Source: Tubulanus polymorphus
Lineage: Eukaryota > Animalia > Nemertea
Direction of reading: 5' to 3'
NCBI RefSeq assembly: GCF_964204645.1
Contig: NC_134025.1
Location: 248,001-312,000 of the forward strand
DNA: 64,000 nucleotides
The notes under the pieces are model-generated. The model worked only from the letters and a program-made list of their open reading frames with translations. It ran no database searches and was not told the origin of the DNA. The position numbers and the translations under genes were made by a program. This document shows, piece by piece, positions 54,871 through 64,000 of this stretch (position 1 is the first letter of the stretch; each line of letters starts with the position of its first letter).

Positions 54871-55734
54871 TTGTGACCACTGAATAACGAAAAAGCGAGC
54901 GTCAAAATCAACAAAAAATAAATGACGACGGAGTCGATACAAACAGCACGATAAACACAGGTAAATCTAAATATAGAGAACATGTCATTACTAACGGGGT
55001 CCACCCTGAGTGAGGAGAGAGAGAGAGACAGTGAGGAGGAGACACAATCGATTCAAATACCTTTATTCAAGATCGAATATGTCAACTAAATAAACAACAC
55101 TATATTATATTCAAAATCACGGGAATTTACAGAAACATCTAGAATAGTAAAAACAACGGAGTGGGGCGAGGGGAGGAACCACGTGAGGGACGAGGGGAGG
55201 AACCACGTGAGGGGAGTGGGGCGAGGGGAGGAACCACGTGAGGGGAGTGGACCGGGTTGAGTATGAAGGGTAGTGAAGAAGTTGATCTAAAACGTGACAA
55301 TTCGTCGTTTCGCTGATAATGTTTTGATAGTAGTTTTGACAGTATCTGATAAAATGTCTCAATGTCACGTATTGAAACCAGTCGACAATAAACATTGACA
55401 AATAGTGTTGGTTTTAGTGAGAGCAGTCTGTGTGTAAGCCGTTTAAAACCAGTCTGACTGGCGCCTGACTGTGGTCAATATTAATCACCTGTAAACAAGG
55501 TCTAATCACGTTCTTCCTTCGCCATCTCTGAAACTATAAACTACACTTTTAAAATCGCGCGCTAAATTTACAATCATTTCTTCGATTTTAATCAGTATTC
55601 GTTGACGTCGAATTGAACGCGTACTCAATGAGATCCATGGCGACCTGAATTTATCATTGGACAATTTTCCCTTTATAAAACAAAGGATTTTTCCTTAATT
55701 ATTTCGGGTATCGGAACCGAGACGACAAGGATGA

Positions 55735-55930
55735 CCAGTGACCACCACAGGTCACCACACTGACCAGACACCACGGAACACAGTCCTGGACCCGATGGTC
55801 AAGTGGTTAGCGTGCTCGGCTGGTACGCTGGCGGTAGCCGGTTCGAGTCCTGCTACGGAGGGTAACTAGGTAACTAGGGTTTATGGGTTACGAGACAGCT
55901 AGTTTGCCTGCTAGAAGATGCAATTTTTCG
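55735..55930 (+). mobile_element. Dispersed repeat with an internal tRNA-derived segment (SINE-like), copy 1
   Basis: A-box TGGTCAAGTGG 55796-55806 and B-box GGTTCGAGTCC 55840-55850, no acceptor stem; flanks shared with 63150-63445. Confidence 0.65.
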
Positions 55931-57680
55931 ATGCAAAAATTTTCCTTTTTGCAATTGAAGTCCTAGAAATGAATCGGCTACGGTTGAAGCTTGTCGGGTG
56001 AAGGGGTGCAATAATGAAATAAATATGTTTGCGACTTTTAGCGGCGGTGCCGGCGACGGCGGCCGCGGCGGTCACGTGTTTAATCTAATCCGTGTAGTAG
56101 AACACTGACTTTATCAGCGAACAATCGACTAAAAAATGCGATGTTTGTAGAACGTGCTTTAAGACTAAAATCGGTATAGTCGGGGTAGACTTACTGGCGT
56201 CAGTCGAACAACCCGTTAAACTAAGTATTATTTATACAAATCCTAGTTAACTAAAGTGTTTTATTATCACTGAATAGATCTCGAATATAATAGAAGTTTA
56301 TAATGTCAACTTTATTATAAACCACGTGACCCTTCAATCAACATTACATCCACGGTACTTTAACCGTTCGAATAATCATCTAATATACTTTTGATGATTA
56401 TTCTTGGATATCTTTTTATCAGCGCGAAAATATTCATTTTATTAATCGCTAAGTATCGATGACGCTGCAACTTTTACGTGTTGAAAATACATAAAACCAT
56501 CGATGGAAAAAGGCGCAGTTTCTGTCTCTAATTTTAACCTCGTTAAATTAATAGAGAAATTAAATGATTTGCGAAACTTCATCTCGAAGGCGAACGTATA
56601 AATTCTGCCCATGTTTGATAAAATTGCGAATTTCGAAAATTCTAAAATCGTCACTAAAAAGGCAGAGTTTCCGTTAAAACTCGCTCTCAATCGATAGGAA
56701 ACGATTTTGATAAAGTGGAGATTATTCTATGATTCATTGATATTTATTTCCGATCGACAGCGCATGCGCGTAGAGAGAAGCTTCAGGCCAGACGATAAGA
56801 CACGTGGTTTAATCATTCTCTTACACGACACATCTCGTTTTATTGTTCTTTACAGCAATTTCTAGAATTTTCTCACCGTGTTTTTTTTCCGATTCGAATC
56901 CCAAACCAAATCAAACCGCGCCCGAGCAGACGATAGGAAAAATCAATCCGCTTTTTTATATCTATTTCCTCTCATTTATAAATAGAAAGGTAATATTTAT
57001 ATCTTTATATACTTATACGTGATGTCGTGAAAGGCTTCCCCGAACTAGAAACTGATTGAAAACTATTTTTGTTTTTTTTTCTAAACATCCATAAACTTCT
57101 TAAGAACGGAATAAATTCTAAATTAAAACAAGTTTTAAAACGCGAAACAGAGGAAAAATGTTCAAAGTATATAAGAGTTTGAAATGACTTCGAGTCCGTA
57201 GTTTTTTTAAATGAATTTCGTTTGAAGCCGTTTTAAGGCGTTACCGATACCAATTATAATCGATAGATCTTCAATAAATGATGCCCAAATGTCAGTGATC
57301 GGGTGGGTCGTCTCGAATTACATACAGCCTGCGGTCTAAATAAAACATCAGACACGCACACACACGCGGAGACTGGCTGCTGCTGCTGCTGCCGCCGCTG
57401 CTCCCTCCCGGTTATTGAGCAGGCAAATACGTGTAAATTCACTGATAAAACACGTGGTATTGTACACACACGCACTGATGGGTGGGACCTCCCTGGTGCG
57501 ACACTTGGTCATCATTCCTCCTTCTCCTTCACCTCACTTACAAATCAAACAAGTTACAATTGGATAAAACGATTTAATCGTGAGGCTTTAAGAGAAATGT
57601 ATCTGATGTTAGGACATTTAAATCATTGCTAATTCTTTTAACTTTATTTTAACTTCAGAAACTGATTTATTGACAATTGA

Positions 57681-57776
57681 TGAAACACTCTGAGTCCGTG
57701 TTGTGAAACACTCTGAGTCCGTGTTGTGAAATACTCTGAGTCCGCGTTGTGAAACACTCTGAGTCCGTGTTGTGAA
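57681..57776. repeat. 24-bp minisatellite x4
   Basis: (TGAAACACTCTGAGTCCGTGTTG)n-like copies. Confidence 0.8.
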
Positions 57777-58732
57777 GATCATATGAAAATAATCCCACAA
57801 TATCAGAATAACAGATTCAGTCAGTGTCAATAGTCGCTGTTACTGGTCGAAGGTGAAATAATTATGTAATCTATTCTAAGATATACTCGATACAAGGCCG
57901 ACCGGGAGAGAGAGAGAGCAGTTAATAGTAAATACACATGAATTGATAGAATTAATGAAATCCACGCACGTAAAGTCTAGGAGACAAGTTACCGCTGCGT
58001 TAGGCGCCATTGATTCAACTCGATGGACACGACCAGAATACTCTACCAGCAAATTAACTCATTTTTAGTTTCATCACGATTTTGAATGTAAGACTTCTTC
58101 CGTTTATCCGACCAGTAAAATTCATCATTAGTTCGGCTACGTGCTTTATCAATACTCGACTGCCGGAGCTGGCTACACGATTCGCAGTAAAATCCGGCAG
58201 AAATAATTGAAAGATAAAACTAATAATTTAGTATAATATAATTCTTCACTATTCGCCAATAACTTCTACAAAAATTGTCGATATTTATAACATTTCAATT
58301 ATCATTTTTACAGTCGATTTTTTCTTTCATTAAATGGAAAATGAAAAAATTATTTCTCATTAACAGAAAATGTACATAGCAACAAATATAATAATCATCC
58401 TCCAGGGAGACAGTTATTGAGGGGCTGGCAGGCCGGCGGGCTGGCGAGTGGGCTGGCCGGCGGGCCGCCAGTTTTAGACAGAAGACTGAAATGATGTTTT
58501 AATAAACAGTAATCCTGACTGACTGACAGTTTGTTTCCTGTTTGTGTGAGTTTAAAACAGCGCCAAACGAGTTCACGATTTTCTATTTGATAAAATCTAT
58601 TTTATCTTCATGTATTTTTATCAAAATTCAAACACTTTATTATCAAATACACGATTCCTTATTTCATTATCAAATACACGATTCCTTATCTGACATTATA
58701 AAACTTTACACAATTTGTCCCGTTTATAACAA

Positions 58733-60466
58733 TCAAGTGTCTCTTTCTTTTTTGATTTTAAGATCTTTATATTCCTCGCCGAGAATGGTAGCTATTTCGC
58801 CCTGCATGAACGCCCAGGGAACTGTAGATCCGACCAGTGGACACTTCTTACCACTGGGGCAATAAACCTCACCTCCAGCGCCTTGTCGTTTGATACTCTC
58901 CCTCGAACAGGGGAAACAGAATTTATGTTCGGGTACAGATGGACACTGCACGAAATGAGTATCTTCCAATCGCTCGTGGCACAGAGTACATTTTAAACTG
59001 GCCTCACTCGATCCCAGACCGTTATCTAGTTTATTAAATGGAAGATCGCTATGGTTGTTATTATTTATATTTCGTAATGATTTCGGTGAATGCGGAGAGC
59101 TGCGGTTACTGGGGGAACCGGACGCTCGTCGCTGCGTGGTATTATCTGTAGAACCGCCGCTAGTAGACATTAGTCCTACAATGGATGAAGAGTTAGGTTC
59201 GGGAGGAGTGCCCGCGTGGTTACTGAGAGGAGACATCGATGACGCACTAGGTGGACCCGAACCGTGCGGGTTTGTGTTGTACCCAGAACCTGATGTCGAT
59301 GAAATAGTTAATTTCAGCGCCTCTGGTTGAGTTTGCTGCATCCAACATCTCTTCACATCATCTACGCATTTACTCTCATCAATCGACGGTTCAGGGCTCG
59401 CTTTACGTTTTCGGTTTATCTCGAATAGAGGTTTCTGTTGAGGACGAACTAACATCGGAATCCGACCGTCTCGAGTAACGGGCATCAGAGGACACGGAAC
59501 GTCGAGAGGTTCGGGCATCATATCTCGTTTAACCGTCTCTTTAAACACGCGTACAGACTCGGGTAATAAATCACCTAACAATCTCCAATCATTAGAACCG
59601 TGTTTCATTTCATACTCCAGATATTTAAATCCAGATGAAAGTCCTTTCCCGATATCCTTCATACATTCTTGGTACATATGTTTAGCTACTCCCGAAGCGC
59701 TGCTATAAACAGTTCCGGACCCGGCGGGATATTCGATGAATATTTTAAGTTCGTATTCCATTCCGGATTTCATGAACGCGTCGAACGCGAATACCCGACC
59801 TACCAGGCAGTGATCCTTCTTAAACCGAACATCGAACGGGGTACAACTACTGAGTGTCGATAGAATGTCTTTAACAAGAGCCGGGCGCGAGCTCGGGTCA
59901 TCTGTAATCTGTTTATTGTCCACGCGCTCGTCGTCGAGATCGTGACGTTTACCGTTAACTAATGATAGTGGAGCCGTAGCCGCTGGATTGGGTCGAGAAT
60001 GAGGAGGAGGCAAAGGAGGAACTGTAGCGTGTAGACTACCCATACCTGCTGTTACTGATGGATGATGAAGTCCGGGTCGTGGTCCGTGTGATTTAGGACT
60101 GCGACGGTCAGTTTCTAAATGCGGCGGTCCGATTCCGTTAATCCCGCTTAATCTCTGCGGATTATAATCCAACATGACTCTAGGTTTATCCTGTATCGGA
60201 TAGCGATCTAAATGAGGCGGAAGATCGCGAGCGCTCAGTTGAGGAGGAGGTCCTTGTAGTTTCATCGGCGCACGAGAATCCTGAAATCCGTGAACGCGTT
60301 TCATCTGTCGAGCGGCTTCGATCACGAATTCGATTCGATCGGGTCCTTCGTAATTAACGCAACCTCGACAAACAGATTCGGTAAAATCGTGTAACATCGC
60401 CCACGGCATCCGAGGTAAATCGCATAGATAACAGTGCTGTCTCTGACCCCTGTGCGGTACAGACAT
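58733..60466 (-). CDS. IRF2BPL: Interferon regulatory factor 2-binding protein family (IRF2BP1/2/L co-ortholog), 577 aa, intronless
   Basis: N-terminal zinc finger [33 protein letters not shown], central [20 protein letters not shown] domain, [13 protein letters not shown]-terminal [47 protein letters not shown] at 60466. Confidence 0.96.
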   Translation of the reverse strand: MSVPHRGQRQHCYLCDLPRMPWAMLHDFTESVCRGCVNYEGPDRIEFVIEAARQMKRVHGFQDSRAPMKLQGPPPQLSARDLPPHLDRYPIQDKPRVMLDYNPQRLSGINGIGPPHLETDRRSPKSHGPRPGLHHPSVTAGMGSLHATVPPLPPPHSRPNPAATAPLSLVNGKRHDLDDERVDNKQITDDPSSRPALVKDILSTLSSCTPFDVRFKKDHCLVGRVFAFDAFMKSGMEYELKIFIEYPAGSGTVYSSASGVAKHMYQECMKDIGKGLSSGFKYLEYEMKHGSNDWRLLGDLLPESVRVFKETVKRDMMPEPLDVPCPLMPVTRDGRIPMLVRPQQKPLFEINRKRKASPEPSIDESKCVDDVKRCWMQQTQPEALKLTISSTSGSGYNTNPHGSGPPSASSMSPLSNHAGTPPEPNSSSIVGLMSTSGGSTDNTTQRRASGSPSNRSSPHSPKSLRNINNNNHSDLPFNKLDNGLGSSEASLKCTLCHERLEDTHFVQCPSVPEHKFCFPCSRESIKRQGAGGEVYCPSGKKCPLVGSTVPWAFMQGEIATILGEEYKDLKIKKERDT

Positions 60467-60539
60467 CTTCACTTTATATCTATATATATATTACACTAGT
60501 TCATAAAATGAAAACAGATCGCGTCTGAAGTTGAGAGAT

Positions 60540-60745
60540 TTGTAGAGATACGCGCGCGCGTGTGTCTGACATCTGAGGTGAGATGTGACTAACTAACAGA
60601 CGACTCTCAACACTCGACTACCATACTAGAATAACTGTAGCACGCGCATGCGCCGTGCCGTACCTGCTGGCTATGATCGTCACGTATGAAGAAGGAAACG
60701 GCGACGGCAGTGGCGCACTCTCTCACTCACTAGCGATACGTCATC
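60540..60745 (-). promoter_or_regulatory. CpG-rich promoter region of the IRF2BP gene
   Basis: NRF1-type palindrome GCGCATGCGC at 60644-60653, CG run at 60550-60560, ACGTCA half-sites. Confidence 0.5.
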
Positions 60746-61497
60746 ATAGATCACCAGAATAAAACATGCCTCCAGCTATATTACTAATATAAGACAGTAG
60801 AGCCTGAGGGTTTCATATCTATACTCGCGACCTCGATACAATCACCGATATGACGTCATTCATATGAAACAGCGAGCAGTGAGACTGAGGGGGGACGTTT
60901 AAAAATAATAATCCGTATTTTAAAATTGACGGAAAAATGATGTTAATTGATTGAATGATTATCAGTGGGTGAAACCTGCGTGAACCTTCTCTCTCAAAAC
61001 CTCGCGAAGAAATTCATCTTGTTTCTAGATGTTTCGTTTTACAATTCGTATAATCGATGAATTAACAAATAAATTTACGTCATTATTATTAGATTATTTG
61101 GAGATTATATTCTAGAAGTGTGAGTTAGTAACATTTGACTGAAGTGTCGACCTAATCCTGAGTCGCTATTCACATTTGGTTATCTGCATTGTAATTGTGT
61201 CCTGATAAAGAAATTCGACTTAAAATTCGGACATTGAAATCAAAATTCGGAGTTTAAAATTAATACCCACTTAATACACATTTAAAGGATTACAGCGAAA
61301 TTCATTTAATCATAAAATTAAGAGACGACATTTCGGAATCTCTAAGAAGCCGGAATCTTCATGTGTAAGAAATAACTAGACAAGGGGGGACAAGTTGTAT
61401 CCCTGACGAATGTTTCTACAAATAGTCTCAAATGCTGTGTCTTGAATTTGAAGGGGTTTTAATTTGAAGGTGTGACGCTCTGTTTCACGTTAAGGCG

Positions 61498-61840
61498 AGG
61501 GTTAGTTGTTGAGGAAGGGGAGAGGAGTATCTGTTGGTTAAGGCGTGGGTTAGTTGTTTTAGAAGCCTTCCTTCTAAAACACAACTTAAGGAGAGGGTTA
61601 GTTGTTTTAGAAGGAAGGGGAGAGGAGTATCTGAGAGGGTTAGTTGTTTTAGAAGGAAGGAGAGAGGAGTATCTGAGAGGGTTAGTTGTTTTAGAAGGAA
61701 AGAGAGAGGAGTATCTGAGAGGGTTAGTTGTTTTAGAAGGAAAGAGAGAGGAGTATCTGAGAGGGTTAGTTGTTTTAGAAGGAAGGGGAGAGGAATATCT
61801 GAGAGGGTTAGTTGTTGAGGAAGGGGAGAGGAGTATCTGT
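61498..61840. repeat. 42-bp purine-rich minisatellite, ~7 copies
   Basis: GAGGGTTAGTTGTTTTAGAAGGAAGGGGAGAGGAGTATCTGA repeated. Confidence 0.88.
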
Positions 61841-63149
61841 CGCGCGGTGACTATCGGTTGATGTGTTTAGTTTATTAATGAAATATCTTCACAACACGCT
61901 TACAACACAATTATATCCATCGAAGCATTGGCAGACGTAACGTGACGTGGAAATGGGCTGAAGTTATTTGGCTAAAGCTCGGTTGATCTGCACCATGGCG
62001 AACGTGCGTGACAGTAGCGCGGGAACAGACACGAAACCCGGGAAAAAGACAGCACGGTTTCGAGGAAATAAGCACGAAAGCGAATTAGCAGGATGTATAC
62101 TCGGGGAGCCTTAAATGAATAACTCAATATCAGTAAGCACGAACCACTGACTGGCGCACGTTCCGTATTGACTACAGATTGAGGGCTGAAGAAACTGTCT
62201 TTATCACCGCGCCGTGTGCTCGCAGTGTGCGCTGTGGCACACGCCCTTTCATCATTAAAAAATAACTCAGTGCGACGGCACTGACTGATGAAATAATACC
62301 TTAACAACAGTAACACATTTTGAATTCGACACCGGTATTCATCCAACTATATCTGAACTGATTCCCGAATTCAAAATCAAACCCCAGTTTCTTGTTGCTG
62401 GTAGGTCAACCATCAGTATCATTGATACTGGTGAGGGCTAGTGGAGTTGACACGGGTGAGGGCTAGTGGACTTGATACTGGTGAGGGCTAATGGAGGGTG
62501 AGGGCTGGTGGAGTTGATACGGGTTAGACATGCGTGTCTAACTATAAAACTTAACATTAACCTCTGTAAAGTTGAAGCCTTTTAACAAACTGCAGACTCG
62601 TTCTAGTCACGAATTCTCCAGTTCCCGGATGGCGCCATAAGATCGCCGATTTTTTATTCATGCACACGACAGAATATCGTGATATAGCAAAATTCATAAA
62701 TCGAGCTGATATTGTTGGCGCAGGCGCAGGCTGCTGCTGCTGCTGCTGGGATAGAGGGGATGAATGATGTATGGTTGGTATAATTACACTACAGTTAATT
62801 GTCTCGCAGATTAGCATAGAACGACACGCAATGTATTCATTAGGTAACATACACCCCCACGCCCTAACACCCCTCCCCGCGCCCTCTCACTCCCTCCCCG
62901 TGTATAACACACGTCTCCCGAAACGATTCATACTTCAAAACGTCATCAATCGCAATTAAACCACGATTCATCATCAGAAAAATTATCGATAATTATTGAG
63001 GAAGAAAACTCGTTCCTTTTACAGATAGTTGAAACAGCGACGTGGGAGGCATAGACTCCGCGTGGAACAGCTATATCAGACCTAATGAGAAACTGTCATT
63101 AGAAACTGATGTAAATCAGATAATGATAGCGGTATTGTTACAGTGGATC

Positions 63150-63445
63150 ACACCTGACTGGTCACCGGTACCACACCTGACTGGTCACCGGTTACCACAC
63201 CTGACTGATCACCGGTAACCACATCTCACTGGTCACCAGTCACAACCACACTGACCAGATAAACCAACAAACTCTATCAGTGGTGTATGGTCCAGTGGTT
63301 AGCGTGTTAGGCCGACATGCTGGAGGCCGCGGGTTCGAGTCCTGCTAGGGTTAGGGTTATGGGAGAGCTAGGGTTTGGGTTAGCGAGGTTAGGTCACTGA
63401 TGTCGCATTTTTGGTTCTGGTTTTGCCTTGAAGATACAATTTTTG
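63150..63445 (+). mobile_element. Dispersed repeat with an internal tRNA-derived segment (SINE-like), copy 2
   Basis: A-box TGGTCCAGTGG 63288-63298, B-box GGTTCGAGTCC 63332-63342, then TAGGGTTAGGGTT. Confidence 0.65.
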
Positions 63446-63748
63446 TAAAAGATTTCTGTTTTGGAATAAAGAACAGCCTGAGCTAAACCGGGTTCAAACA
63501 GCCCGAGCCGAGTGTGTATAAGGAGTAGTAGTTGTTTGTTGGTAGTGATTGTAGTCATGTAATAGTTAGTAATTCAAGTCATGTATCGCTATTAGTACAG
63601 TGATTGAATCGCAGAAAGGCATTCAGTCGATCATTTTATTAAACCAGACCGATGTCGACTGGTTACAAATGCGTTCGCGGACAAGTAACGTTTACTGATG
63701 AGCTGAGAATGTTTAATACCGCCGGGTCTCGGGGAATCTCAGGACCCG

Positions 63749-63865
<117 letters not shown>

Positions 63866-64000
63866 AGGATATTTCACTAATGTATGAAAGTGCTGCTAGG
63901 ATATTTCACTAATGTATGAAAGAAATAAAATCTGATTCTTTCTGATTCGATCAATTTAGTCGTTTAACGTGCGCGAATAAAACAGTCATATAACACACAT

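Noticed and set aside
55789-55860. Functional tRNA genes at 55.8 kb and 63.3 kb
   Set aside because: A and B boxes are present but acceptor and anticodon stems do not pair properly; treated as tRNA-derived repeats.
61320-61366. Possible degenerate hammerhead on the minus strand (ATGAAGA...GAAATGTC); similar trace at ~51759
   Set aside because: Core bases are altered and stems I and II do not pair.

Overview
AT-rich, intron-containing DNA from a bilaterian invertebrate; the species cannot be determined from the window alone. Six protein-coding genes were reconstructed by hand from GT-AG exon chains, most of which the ORF track misses: an achaete-scute bHLH gene (+, 1175-1909), FAM98 (-, 11 exons) head-to-head with PSMD8/Rpn12 (+, 8 exons), an LC3C-type ATG8 (+, 4 exons), the 3' 21 exons of TALPID3/KIAA0586 (-, 5' exons not found), and an intronless IRF2BP-family gene (-, 58733-60466). 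Introns and intergenic DNA are full of MITEs and minisatellites, several built from MITE parts. The main observations are: (1) a Penelope-like inverted-repeat insertion with minimal hammerhead ribozymes on both strands, a 17-bp target-site duplication and a ~33-nt tail, downstream of LC3C; (2) a 42-bp minisatellite in TALPID3 that is an amplified exon/intron junction giving 35 in-frame 5' splice sites; (3) tandem arrays of CTCF-like motifs and palindromic Pol III B-boxes; (4) probable nesting of IRF2BP inside a large TALPID3 intron; (5) an LC3C whose ORF ends directly on the conjugation glycine. Gene names come from recalled protein motifs, not database searches.
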